Assembly: GCA_945860705.1 (NCBI GenBank)
Contig: CAMART010000009.1
Coordinates: forward strand, 38,248 to 102,247
Source: Chitinophaga pinensis
GTDB lineage: Bacteria; Bacteroidota; Bacteroidia; Chitinophagales; CAMDFR01
DNA length: 64,000 nucleotides
Reading direction: 5' to 3'
In this document: piece by piece, positions 39,832-49,028 of the stretch
Position numbering within the stretch: position 1 is the stretch's first letter
Layout: the number at the start of each line of letters is the position of its first letter
The notes under the pieces: model-generated
Told to the model about the DNA's origin: nothing
Databases searched by the model: none
The model's input: only the letters and a program-made list of their open reading frames with translations
Position numbers and translations under genes: made by a program

Positions 39832-40834
39832 AAGATTTCTGTAAGCTAGCCAACGTATTTTTTACATCTACTAATTTTTCTTCTTTACTAGCTATTTTTT
39901 CTTCTAGCATAGTTATTTTAGCTTCACGTAGTTTTGCTTCTAGTTGATTTACATTTCTATCATCTCTCTTTCTTATTTGATACTCCAAGTCTTTTTTGTC
40001 ATAATCTTGAGATTTCTCTAGTTTATTGATGATTTCTGTAAGATCATGTATACGTTTATCGTTGTGTTTAGTCTCTCGTTCGTTTCTTCTATTTTTTAGC
40101 AAATCAAAAGCTTCGTCCAAATCTTTATGAAGCTCTTCTCTGCTTGGCTTACGAAGCGTAAGTTTTATTACATTATTACGTTGTTCTTTTAGCTGTTCAA
40201 AAAGTTCCTTAGCAGGCTGGTTTTTTTTGATGCCATCAGTTATTTGTTGTATGACAGTTTTTAACTCAGTATAGATAGTTTCAGCTTGTTCGCCATATTT
40301 TTTGTTCTCATCAGAACGTAGTTCTTTCAGTTTATCAAATACCGCATTTACTTCTTCTTTGAGTTCATCTACCTTATCTTGACCAATATTTTTTTCTCTT
40401 CTATGGTCCAATATTCTCTCCCAAAGTGCTTTTGTTTGTTCAAATGCATCTTTGCTATATGCAGTGAAAGTATTCACTTTTTCTTTGATATCCTTAAGTT
40501 CATCTACAATAGATTCTACCAATTTTTCAGTCAATAACAAATAAGCCCATTCATTTTGTAGGTTTCTTATTTTACCCGTTTCATCTACTTTTATGTCATC
40601 AGGTAGTAAAGAATCTTCACTCAAAGGACGAGTGATTAATTTATGATTTTCTGGAAAAGCAAGTTCCTTACCTTTTGCCCATTCTTTTTCTAGTTTTTCA
40701 GCAAATTCTTTATCTACATCTTTCTCATCAAAGAAGTATATATCTACCTTAAATCCAGCTTTATCCAATTGCAAAGCCAATAATTGTCTTTTGCCTTCTT
40801 TTGCACTACTTTTTGTAACAAATCGTTCTTTCAT
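39827..40834 (-). CDS. highly charged coiled-coil protein (possibly DUF349-like)
   Basis: It is 335 aa and dominated by K, E, D and L heptad-like helices. No enzymatic motif. Confidence 0.5.
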   Translation of the reverse strand: MKERFVTKSSAKEGKRQLLALQLDKAGFKVDIYFFDEKDVDKEFAEKLEKEWAKGKELAFPENHKLITRPLSEDSLLPDDIKVDETGKIRNLQNEWAYLLLTEKLVESIVDELKDIKEKVNTFTAYSKDAFEQTKALWERILDHRREKNIGQDKVDELKEEVNAVFDKLKELRSDENKKYGEQAETIYTELKTVIQQITDGIKKNQPAKELFEQLKEQRNNVIKLTLRKPSREELHKDLDEAFDLLKNRRNERETKHNDKRIHDLTEIINKLEKSQDYDKKDLEYQIRKRDDRNVNQLEAKLREAKITMLEEKIASKEEKLVDVKNTLASLQKSL

Positions 40835-40917
40835 CTATTTATAAGTCTGTTCTAAAAAAAATTAGGTTGCAAAACTAATGTTATTTATAATTTCGTACAA
40901 TATTTTAAGTATTGAAT

Positions 40918-41556
40918 ATGATTCAAATAATTGATTTTCTGAAGAATTTTGATGAAACTCTACTTCCCGGTTGGGAGGCACAAAGGCTCATGTCTCCACC
41001 CTATAGGGGAGAATTGGATATGAATGCTATACTAGCAAAACAACCAAAACAAGGTGCAGTGGCTATTATTTTATATTATAAAAATGATGAATTGCATTTT
41101 ATTTTGACTCAAAGACAGGAATATGAAGGTACTCACAGCGGTCAGGTGAGTTTCCCTGGTGGAAAAAAAGATGGTAACGAGCACGTTTTAGATACTGCAA
41201 TTCGCGAAACTAAAGAGGAAATAGGTGTGGCATTAAGTCAAGAACATTTTTGTTGTTCTTTATCGCCAATATATATACCTCCAAGTCATTTTTTAGTGAG
41301 TCCACAGGTTTTCTTCATGCAACAAATTACAGAGTTTACAAAAGATGTACGAGAAGTGAAAGAGATTGTAGAAGTGCCTTTAATACAATTATTTTTAGCA
41401 GATAATAAAACAAATAAAGACATTGCAACATCACAAGGATTGATAAAAAACATACCTGCTTATACTTTAAATGAAAAAATTGTTTGGGGAGCTACGGCAG
41501 TAATATTAAGCGAATTGGAACAGATTTTAAATCAGATGCTAGATACTATACATTAG
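40918..41556 (+). CDS. NUDIX hydrolase (CoA pyrophosphatase-like)
   Basis: Nudix box GGKKDGNEHVLDTAIRETKEEIGV. ATG at 40918 preferred over TTG at 40912. Confidence 0.8.
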   Translation: MIQIIDFLKNFDETLLPGWEAQRLMSPPYRGELDMNAILAKQPKQGAVAIILYYKNDELHFILTQRQEYEGTHSGQVSFPGGKKDGNEHVLDTAIRETKEEIGVALSQEHFCCSLSPIYIPPSHFLVSPQVFFMQQITEFTKDVREVKEIVEVPLIQLFLADNKTNKDIATSQGLIKNIPAYTLNEKIVWGATAVILSELEQILNQMLDTIH

Positions 41557-41567
41557 ATATTAGATTT
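41540..41567. repeat. short TAG-heptad tract overlapping the NUDIX gene stop
   Basis: Units tagatac tatacat tagatat tagattt. The real stop TAG at 41554 is in register. Confidence 0.6.
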
Positions 41568-41613
41568 GAAAAAAGAGTTAAGTGATAAGTAAAAAGAATT
41601 AAACATTAAAAAT

Positions 41614-41964
41614 ATGCACACCATTATTATTATTCTAGGATCTAGTTTTTTTATAACATTCTTTTATCTTTTTTTTAAAATATACATGATTTATATAGAT
41701 ATAATGGTTATTAAAGAGAATAGAAAACATAATGGCTTTTTAAATGAATGGATAAATTCAGGATTTAATTTTAATATAGAAGATAGATTGCATTTTACTC
41801 CTTTATCATTTTTTTTAAATTCTATAGATCCAAAAGAATTCAATAATTATTCTGATGAAATAAAAAGTTTATTCTATAAAAAACATAATCTTGAAAAAAT
41901 ACTATGGGGTTTATTTCTATTTATTATTATCCTTGGATTCATTTCAGATAAATTTCTAAACTAA
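41614..41964 (+). CDS. hypothetical membrane protein
   Basis: TM segments at both the N- and C-terminus. Very AT-rich, so this is a weak call. Confidence 0.4.
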   Translation: MHTIIIILGSSFFITFFYLFFKIYMIYIDIMVIKENRKHNGFLNEWINSGFNFNIEDRLHFTPLSFFLNSIDPKEFNNYSDEIKSLFYKKHNLEKILWGLFLFIIILGFISDKFLN

Positions 41965-42037
41965 ATATATTCTATTTGCTAATTATCAAATTTGCTAGTT
42001 TTCTTCAAGAAACTTTGAAATATATAGTTGTTTTAAG

Positions 42038-42072
42038 AACTTTAAACTTTTAACTTTTAACTTTGAACTAGT
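42038..42072. repeat. heptad-periodic AACTTTN tract overlapping the MFS gene stop
   Basis: Units aacttta aactttt aactttt aactttg aactagt. The stop of the minus-strand gene is at 42057-59. Confidence 0.75.
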
Positions 42073-43295
42073 TCAATTTGTTTATGGTATTTTTTTATGA
42101 GGACTTGATAGGCATATACTCCAATGCTATACATAAATGCAGTCACTAGTAAAATATAACTATAACTCACCTCTAGACTTCTCAATATCTCAAATATTTT
42201 TGCTGAGAAAAACCAAGATCCACTCCAAATAGATGCTGTGAGTGAGCTGACTAATTCTCTGTTTTTTTCGCCAACATAGTTCATGGTTAGTTCAGATGTC
42301 ATAGGTCCCGCTACATTCATCAGTGGCTGTCTGATGATAAAAAGAAATATAGCAATATATACTGCATACCATCGTTCTTTGTACCACTCTGTAGATGCTA
42401 ATCCTACAAGTATTATTATGGCTATCACTTGCACTAAAGTGATGGCTACTTCATATCCAAAACTTCTTTTGATAGTAGGAATAATAAAAGTACCGATAGC
42501 TACCAATACATAAGTACTTGCACCCATCATAGCAAAAGTATTTGAATCTACTCCATGTACATTTTCAAAAAATAAATTGATAAACTGAATCGTCAATCCT
42601 GCACCGATAGCAATGATAGTAGTAGGAATCAATGTAGCAAATATTTTTTGCCAATCATATGTTTTATAAGCTTTTGATAAGGGTACTCGTGCTGAGGTGA
42701 TTTCTTTATTTTTTATTCTAAATAAAAACACAAGACCAATTGCAGACAGAGCCGATATCAGGTACAAAAAATTTCTATCTATAGACAATACAGGATAAAA
42801 ATGCTTGAATAAAAAGTGCAGTATGCCTACAAAAATCATGGAGAAGGTAAAAGTTTGAAACGTAAGTGCCATTACTTCTGTATGAGTGCCAGCCTCACTA
42901 TTCAATAATAAATATGGGGTGACCGTAGCAGACAAACAAGCAAATGCTATACCCCAACAAAACATGGATAAGATAATCATATTATTGAGTTGATGGTCTA
43001 TAGCATATATTTCTAAAAATGCAATCAATGGAAGAAAACACATAGCTGTGATAAACCATGCACGAAGTTTTTTGCCTTTGATATACAAGCCAAGTGGGAA
43101 CGCTATCAATGTGATAGCAATATAATTATAAGAAGTAAAATTGGCTATTTCAAAATCTTTATAACCTTTTGAAAGCATAAAGTAATTGCGTAACAATCCA
43201 AAAGCAGCATTCATCATCTGAATGAAAAATTGCGCTAAAATTATTTTGTAAATATTTCTATCTACTTGCTTATATGTTTCTAAAATCTTTTTCAC
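42057..43295 (-). CDS. MFS transporter
   Basis: A profile of about 12 TM segments over 412 aa. Confidence 0.7.
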   Translation of the reverse strand: MKKILETYKQVDRNIYKIILAQFFIQMMNAAFGLLRNYFMLSKGYKDFEIANFTSYNYIAITLIAFPLGLYIKGKKLRAWFITAMCFLPLIAFLEIYAIDHQLNNMIILSMFCWGIAFACLSATVTPYLLLNSEAGTHTEVMALTFQTFTFSMIFVGILHFLFKHFYPVLSIDRNFLYLISALSAIGLVFLFRIKNKEITSARVPLSKAYKTYDWQKIFATLIPTTIIAIGAGLTIQFINLFFENVHGVDSNTFAMMGASTYVLVAIGTFIIPTIKRSFGYEVAITLVQVIAIIILVGLASTEWYKERWYAVYIAIFLFIIRQPLMNVAGPMTSELTMNYVGEKNRELVSSLTASIWSGSWFFSAKIFEILRSLEVSYSYILLVTAFMYSIGVYAYQVLIKKYHKQIELVQS

Positions 43296-43296
43296 T

Positions 43297-44166
43297 TTAT
43301 AATACCTGCAGTATTTCTTTTATATTTTTTATCCATCGAATGTCTGTATCTCTTTTAAACCAAGTCATTTGGCGTTTTGCATAGTTTCTAGTATGCTGTT
43401 TTATTTTTTCTATTGCTTCAGTTTTTGAAATTTTATTTTCAAAAAAATCAAAAAATTCTCTATAGCCAATGGTATCTAGATTTTTGTTGGGCAAAAGTTT
43501 AGTGAGTTCTTTCGCTTCATTTTCTAGACCATCTATTATCATATCATCTACACGCTGATTGATATTTTCATATAATTTTTCTCGCTCTATATCGATAGCA
43601 AATTTTAAGATTTCAAAATTGCGTTGTTTTTTCTCACCTTTTCTAAAACATGAAAAAGGAAGTTTTGTTTCTAAAATTACTTCGGTTGCTCTTTGCACTC
43701 TCCGAGTATTCTGTTGATCCATTTCATTAAAGTATGTTTCATCTTTTTCTTTGATGATAGATAAACATTCCTCTATAGATAAATTGGCTACTTGTTTTTT
43801 TACTGCTTCCCTGATAGCAGGCATATCGTCTAGTCCATTGCAGAGCGCATCTATATACAAACCACTACCTCCACACAATATGATGTATTCATATTTTTCA
43901 AACAAATTATCGGTAATACTCAAGGCCTCTTTTTCAAAATCAGCTACTGTATAGTTGCTATTGATACTTTGATGACTGATACAGTGATGTTTTATTTTTT
44001 TTAGTTGTTCATCATTTGGTTTTGCTACACCTATATTCAGTTCTTTATAAAACTGTCGAGCATCACAACTGATAATTTCACAATGCAAATGAGTAGCCAA
44101 ATCTATTGCTAAAGATGTTTTGCCACTAGCTGTAGCACCCGCTAATACTATCAGTCGCTTAACCAT
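43297..44166 (-). CDS. miaA: tRNA dimethylallyltransferase
   Basis: P-loop GATASGKTSLAIDLA, with DARQFYKELNIG and GGSGLY motifs. Confidence 0.9.
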   Translation of the reverse strand: MVKRLIVLAGATASGKTSLAIDLATHLHCEIISCDARQFYKELNIGVAKPNDEQLKKIKHHCISHQSINSNYTVADFEKEALSITDNLFEKYEYIILCGGSGLYIDALCNGLDDMPAIREAVKKQVANLSIEECLSIIKEKDETYFNEMDQQNTRRVQRATEVILETKLPFSCFRKGEKKQRNFEILKFAIDIEREKLYENINQRVDDMIIDGLENEAKELTKLLPNKNLDTIGYREFFDFFENKISKTEAIEKIKQHTRNYAKRQMTWFKRDTDIRWIKNIKEILQVL

Positions 44167-45583
44167 TTTTCTTTACGATTAATCCTAAACTCTGTCCTTT
44201 TTGAAGCATCATTTGATAAGCTTCATCATAGTCATTTCTGATATCGCCATCGAGTATAGCGTCTTTTATTTGATTCTTTATAATACCTATTTCTTTGCAA
44301 GGTTGTATACCAAAAGTCTCCATGATCAATTCACCAGATATAGGTGGTTGAAAATTTCTGATATGATCTTTCTCTTCTATTTCAATAATTTTTTTTTCTA
44401 CTATATCAAAATTGTCTAAGTATCTTTTTACTTTCAATTTGTTTTTTGAGGTGATGTCTGCTCTACAGAGCATCATCAAATCATCTATATCGTCACCAGC
44501 CTCGAATAACAATCGTCTTATTGCCGCATCAGTAATATTTTCTTTGGTAAGTGATATGGGTCTAAGATGCAACAGTACTAATTTTTGTACATAGCGCATT
44601 GGTGCATCTAAAGGCAACTTCATTCGCTTAAAAATATTTGGTACCCATTTAGAACCTAAAAACTCATGTCCATGAAATGTCCAACCATGATTTTCATCAA
44701 ATTTTTTAGTAGGTGGTTTTGCTATATCATGAAGTATAGCACTCCATCGCAGCCATAAGCTATCACTCATTTCACATACATTGTCTAGTACTTTTAACGT
44801 GTGATAAAAATTGTCTTTGTGCGAAAGATTGCGAATCGTATCTACTCCATGCAATGCATACATCTCAGGGAAAATAATTTCTAATAAGCCACTATCAAAC
44901 AATAAACCAAAACCGATAGATGGATTTTTTGATAATATTATTTTATTGAGCTCCTCGGTGATACGTTCTTGAGAAATAATTTTTATTCGTTCTTTATTAT
45001 TTTTAATCGCTTCAAAAGTACTATGCTCTATGCTAAATTGAAGAACAGATGCAAATCGTATAGCACGCATCATTCGAAGTGGGTCATCACTAAAAGTAAT
45101 ATTGGCATCAAGTGGCGTGCGTATGATTCCTTTTTCTATATCATCTATTCCATTAAATGGATCTAAAAGTTCGCCAAAATTATTTTTGTTTACAGATATT
45201 GCTAATGCATTGATGGTAAAATCTCTTCTGTTTTGATCGTCTTCAAGTGTGCCATCTTCCACAATAGGATTGCGCGAATCTCTTTGGTAGGATTCTCTGC
45301 GAGCACCTACAAATTCTATATCTGTATCAAAAGCATGAAACATAGCCGTGCCATAATTCTTAAAAATATGTACTTGTATATTAGGGTCTATCAAACTAGC
45401 CGTTTTTTCAGCTAGAGATATTCCACTTCCCACACATACAAAATCTATATCTTTTTTAAATGGACGTTGCATGATCAAATCACGTACATAGCCACCCACC
45501 ACATAGCTTTCGAGACCAAGCTCTTCTGATGCTTTGCTGATATAATTAAAAATAGGATGATGGAGTACTAACTGATTTTGCAA
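44159..45583 (-). CDS. CCA-adding tRNA nucleotidyltransferase / HD-domain protein
   Basis: Pol-beta head GGYVRD......KDIDF, RRDFT.NA, and an HD region (ILHDIAKP). Confidence 0.8.
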   Translation of the reverse strand: MQNQLVLHHPIFNYISKASEELGLESYVVGGYVRDLIMQRPFKKDIDFVCVGSGISLAEKTASLIDPNIQVHIFKNYGTAMFHAFDTDIEFVGARRESYQRDSRNPIVEDGTLEDDQNRRDFTINALAISVNKNNFGELLDPFNGIDDIEKGIIRTPLDANITFSDDPLRMMRAIRFASVLQFSIEHSTFEAIKNNKERIKIISQERITEELNKIILSKNPSIGFGLLFDSGLLEIIFPEMYALHGVDTIRNLSHKDNFYHTLKVLDNVCEMSDSLWLRWSAILHDIAKPPTKKFDENHGWTFHGHEFLGSKWVPNIFKRMKLPLDAPMRYVQKLVLLHLRPISLTKENITDAAIRRLLFEAGDDIDDLMMLCRADITSKNKLKVKRYLDNFDIVEKKIIEIEEKDHIRNFQPPISGELIMETFGIQPCKEIGIIKNQIKDAILDGDIRNDYDEAYQMMLQKGQSLGLIVKKNG

Positions 45584-45633
45584 AATATAAAATTTATATT
45601 TGCAAAGGTAAGAAGAATAGAATTATTCTTTGT

Positions 45634-46149
45634 TTAGTCTAAGATTTCTTTTTTCACTTCTTTCATAGCTCTGTGATAGGCTATCAAATCTGTAGATTCA
45701 AATTTCGTTTGACCAAATCCTCGTAAAATAGTAATCAATTGACCTCTATGAAAAGTACTGTGATTCATGCAATGTGTCACTATATCTACAGCTGTAGAAG
45801 AGAACGATTCGCCAGCCATATTTTTATAGCTAAATATTTTCGTATCATAAGTAGGCAATTGTTTATCTAGAAACAAATAAAAATCTTCTGAAGATTTGAT
45901 AAGTCCAGCCACTACATCCTCATTGTTTCCTTTAAAATTTTTGCTCGGAAAATCAGTGATGGGTTTATCATTGAGTCTAGTAAACCAGATATCTTGTGCA
46001 TCCCATATATGCAATAAGGTATCTTTTATAGATGGAAAGCTATTTTTTACAGGTGCACAAAATATTTTTTCATCCGTAGAAATCATCGAAATCATTTTTT
46101 GATTTGCCCAAAGATTATAATGTGCTAATTTTACTAGATATTCTTTCAT
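45634..46149 (-). CDS. DinB family protein
   Basis: Four-helix-bundle His pattern: YNLWAN, LLHIWDAQ and HCMNHSTFHRGQ. Confidence 0.8.
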   Translation of the reverse strand: MKEYLVKLAHYNLWANQKMISMISTDEKIFCAPVKNSFPSIKDTLLHIWDAQDIWFTRLNDKPITDFPSKNFKGNNEDVVAGLIKSSEDFYLFLDKQLPTYDTKIFSYKNMAGESFSSTAVDIVTHCMNHSTFHRGQLITILRGFGQTKFESTDLIAYHRAMKEVKKEILD

Positions 46150-46187
46150 ACAAAATTTTTTAGATAAACAAATTTACAAAAATATTT

Positions 46188-47390
46188 ATGACACCAAATT
46201 TCAAAAAAGGATTTGATACCATTTGCATAAAAGATGATACGATTTACTCTTCTATCGCACATACTACGCCTATCTTTGCTTCCTCTACTTATGTGTATGA
46301 AAGTCCAGAAAAAGCTATGGAAGTCTTTAGAGGCAATGAAGAAGCTTTTATCTATGGTAGATGGAATCATCCAAATGTAGAGTTGGTAGAAAATAAACTG
46401 ACTGCACTCGAGAGTTTTGGTATAGAAAATTTAGAAGCAAAAGGATATTTATTTAGTACAGGAATGGCTGCTATTGCAGCATTGTTTAATAGTACCTTGA
46501 GTGCTGGAGGTACTATCATTGCTCAAGGAAATATATATGGCACTACTGTAGAGCTACTCAATACTCTAGTGAAAAATAGAGGTGTGCAGATTGTATTTGC
46601 AGATTTTGCTGATATAGATAATTTAAAAAAATTCGCACAAACAGAAAAAAACATTCAATTATTTTATGCGGAGACTCCTTCTAATCCTACTATATCGGCT
46701 TATGACTTAGAAGTGATATCAGCTATTGCTCACAGTTGTGGCGCAAAAATGGCTGTAGATAATACATTTGCCACTCCATACCTACAACAACCATTCGCAC
46801 AGGGAGTAGATTTTATAGCACATTCTACTACTAAGTTTCTCAACGGTCATGGTACTGCATTGGGCGGATTTTTGATAGGTAGAGATAAAAATTTTATGCA
46901 ACAAGAAGTATGGAAACAACGAAAACTTCAAGGCGCTATGTTGTCACCCTTTGATGCATGGCTCCTCAATCAAGGGCTCAAAACGCTCAGTATTCGTATG
47001 GATAAACACTGCAATAATGCTAGAGAAGTGGCAGTGTTTTTAAGAAATCATCAAGCTATAAATAAAGTAAATTATCTAGGATTTGAAGATCATCCTCATC
47101 ATACAATTGCTAAAAAACAGATGCGTGAGTTTGGTGGTGTGATATCTTTTGAGCTGAAAGCTGGGCTGGAAGCAGGAATAAAACTAATGAATCAAGTAAA
47201 ACTTTGTACACTCACGGCTTCGCTTGGTACTGCAGACACGCTCATTCAGCATCCTGCAAGTATGACCCACTTCAATGTACCCAAAGAACAAAGAGAAAAA
47301 TTTGGCATCACCGATGGGCTCATTCGCCTATCTGTAGGTATGGAAAATATAGAAGATATTATCGGAGATTTGGAGATGGGATTGAAATAA
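46188..47390 (+). CDS. Cys/Met-metabolism PLP-dependent enzyme (methionine gamma-lyase or O-acetylhomoserine sulfhydrylase-like)
   Basis: The PLP-lysine context HSTTKFLNGHG, with the family pattern across the full length. Confidence 0.85.
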   Translation: MTPNFKKGFDTICIKDDTIYSSIAHTTPIFASSTYVYESPEKAMEVFRGNEEAFIYGRWNHPNVELVENKLTALESFGIENLEAKGYLFSTGMAAIAALFNSTLSAGGTIIAQGNIYGTTVELLNTLVKNRGVQIVFADFADIDNLKKFAQTEKNIQLFYAETPSNPTISAYDLEVISAIAHSCGAKMAVDNTFATPYLQQPFAQGVDFIAHSTTKFLNGHGTALGGFLIGRDKNFMQQEVWKQRKLQGAMLSPFDAWLLNQGLKTLSIRMDKHCNNAREVAVFLRNHQAINKVNYLGFEDHPHHTIAKKQMREFGGVISFELKAGLEAGIKLMNQVKLCTLTASLGTADTLIQHPASMTHFNVPKEQREKFGITDGLIRLSVGMENIEDIIGDLEMGLK

Positions 47391-47412
47391 AAAAGCCTTT
47401 CGTCATTCAACA

Positions 47413-47480
47413 ATCGCCATTCAAGGTTTTGTAAACTTGAATTATTTTTGATTTGCTGGTGACAAGACTAGCAAAGGCGA
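47413..47480 (-). pseudogene. decayed fragment of a paralogue of the adjacent 78-aa gene
   Basis: By hand alignment, positions 47413-47480 match 47624-47691 at roughly five of every six positions. The fragment translates IAFASLVTSKSKIIQVYKTLNGDC* against LAFADVVSSKAKINQGDNTLNGD, and it has no start codon. Confidence 0.5.
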
Positions 47481-47485
47481 TTAAA

Positions 47486-47722
47486 TTATTTTACTCCTAA
47501 CTGTTCCATTTTTTCTTTAGCTCTATTAAAAAATTTCATGACTTGTTCATAATTTGAGAAATCATATCTTGATATACCAAAATCATCTGAGCGAAAATAC
47601 CAGTTTAAAGTTTGATTTTCTACATCGCCATTCAAGGTGTTATCACCTTGATTTATTTTTGCTTTGCTGGAGACAACATCAGCAAAGGCGAGGAAAGTAA
47701 TTATGATTAGTAAATGTTCCAT
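47486..47722 (-). CDS. small secreted hypothetical protein (paralogue family)
   Basis: The C-terminal LNWYF......F.....Q..KFF.RAK.K motif is shared with the next gene. Confidence 0.5.
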   Translation of the reverse strand: MEHLLIIITFLAFADVVSSKAKINQGDNTLNGDVENQTLNWYFRSDDFGISRYDFSNYEQVMKFFNRAKEKMEQLGVK

Positions 47723-47764
47723 TATATCTTTACAATTAATGGGGATGCTTTCATTTGTTTCTAT

Positions 47765-48307
47765 TTATCTTGAGGTTAGTACATCAATTTTATCTTTTGC
47801 TCTTTGAAAAAATTTCAACGCTTGGTCAAAGCTTGTAAAATAAAGTTTAAAGACAAGATTATCGAGGTAATTAAAATACCAGTTTAATATCTGGTTATCA
47901 ACTAAACAACCTACTATTACATCACTACTAAGTACGTGTCGATTGTCTACGTAATCATAATTTTTAGATAAATCACTGTTAGACTTCATATTAATAACAT
48001 TGATTGCTTTGATAATTTCTACTAATTCTTCATAAGATAGGAAAACAGTATTATTAAGCGTATTAGCGTTATTTATATTTATGCCTAAACTATATTTTAT
48101 TTCATTTTGATATGCTAGAGCTCTGATGTATGATTTTGCTGTTCCAACTGAAAGAATAGTATTAGGAAATTCATATCTTACTTCTCTTTCAAGGTATCCT
48201 AATGTAGGCTTATGTTCATAAAACTTTAACGAATCTGAAACAGTTTTTTGACAATATATTACATCGCAACTAATTATCGTAAAAAACACAATAAAAAATT
48301 TTTTCAT
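47765..48307 (-). CDS. hypothetical secreted protein (paralogue family)
   Basis: Signal peptide. The C-terminus ILNWYFNYLDNLVFKLYFTSFDQALKFFQRAKDKI is homologous to the 78-aa neighbour. Confidence 0.55.
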   Translation of the reverse strand: MKKFFIVFFTIISCDVIYCQKTVSDSLKFYEHKPTLGYLEREVRYEFPNTILSVGTAKSYIRALAYQNEIKYSLGININNANTLNNTVFLSYEELVEIIKAINVINMKSNSDLSKNYDYVDNRHVLSSDVIVGCLVDNQILNWYFNYLDNLVFKLYFTSFDQALKFFQRAKDKIDVLTSR

Positions 48308-48400
48308 AAATTATAAATAATATTTGTATTAATCTTTGCTCTTAATGAAATTTGGTAGATTTTCTTCATTTTCTCTAGTAATATCGATTTCTTTAATAGT

Positions 48401-48550
48401 TTAATCAATTTCATATTTATTATCTATCGGTTTGTTATTTTTATGGTAGTCACTAATGCCATGTGCTACAGCTTTTCTTATTATCCAATAAATTATAAAT
48501 ATTGCTATGATATTACCTAATAAAATTGAATATAATAATTCGTCTTTCAT
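48401..48550 (-). CDS. possible 49-aa single-TM protein (below the ORF-track cutoff)
   Basis: ATG at 48550 to TAA at 48401 translates MKDELLYSILLGNIIAIFIIYWIIRKAVAHGISDYHKNNKPIDNKYEID. It fills an otherwise empty gap. Confidence 0.3.
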   Translation of the reverse strand: MKDELLYSILLGNIIAIFIIYWIIRKAVAHGISDYHKNNKPIDNKYEID

Positions 48551-48663
48551 AGTTGATTCATTTTTGTAAAGATAATTTATTTCTCAAATAATCATTGGTG
48601 ATTTTTTATTAAACAATATTGTTTGTAAGTGAAGATAATGACAAGGGCGAGTATTTTTTAAAA

Positions 48664-48694
48664 CAAAAAAAGCCTTGTAAATAAATACAAAGCT
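48664..48694 (-). terminator. intrinsic terminator after tRNA-Leu
   Basis: On the minus strand, stem AGCUUUGUA / UACAAGGCU (one mismatch) is followed by UUUUUUU, 16 nt after the tRNA 3-prime end. Confidence 0.5.
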
Positions 48695-48709
48695 TTGAAA
48701 TATAATATG

Positions 48710-48789
48710 TGCCCCAAGTGGGAATCGAACCCACACACTTTCGTACACGATTTTGAGTCGTGCGCGTCTACCAGTTCCGCCATCAGGGC
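48710..48789 (-). tRNA. tRNA-Leu (anticodon CAA), long variable arm
   Basis: The reverse complement is GCCCTGATGGCGGAACTGGTAGACGCGCACGACTCAAAATCGTGTACGAAAGTGTGTGGGTTCGATTCCCACTTGGGGCA. The anticodon loop is CUCAAAA, and the T-arm is GTGGGTTCGATTCCCAC. Confidence 0.9.
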
Positions 48790-48826
48790 AATTGTTTTAT
48801 GAACGATTTCCTATAAAGGATTGCAA

Positions 48827-49010
48827 AGATAAGATTTTTTACAAATAATCAAACCTTGATTAATAAATTGCTCTAAGCAATTAAATATTAATCACTCGGC
48901 AGAGCCGAGCGATAGAGTACTAGATAAGATTTTTTACAAATATTCAAACCTTGTTTAATAAATTGCTTTAAGCAATTAAATATTAATCACTCGGCAGAGC
49001 CGAGCGATAG
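48827..49010. repeat. tandem duplication (two 89-nt units, 95-bp period) with two hairpins per unit
   Basis: Units 48827-48915 and 48922-49010 differ at 3 positions. Each contains AATTGC(n5)GCAATT and CTCGGC-AGA-GCCGAG. Confidence 0.85.
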
Positions 49011-49028
49011 GTTAGCGTTAAATAATTA

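Noticed and set aside
47204-47434. A 76-aa plus-strand ORF overlapping the 3-prime end of the PLP-enzyme gene.
   Set aside because: It is an out-of-frame overlap with a well-supported gene. It has Arg/His-rich low-complexity translation and runs into the paralogue fragment.
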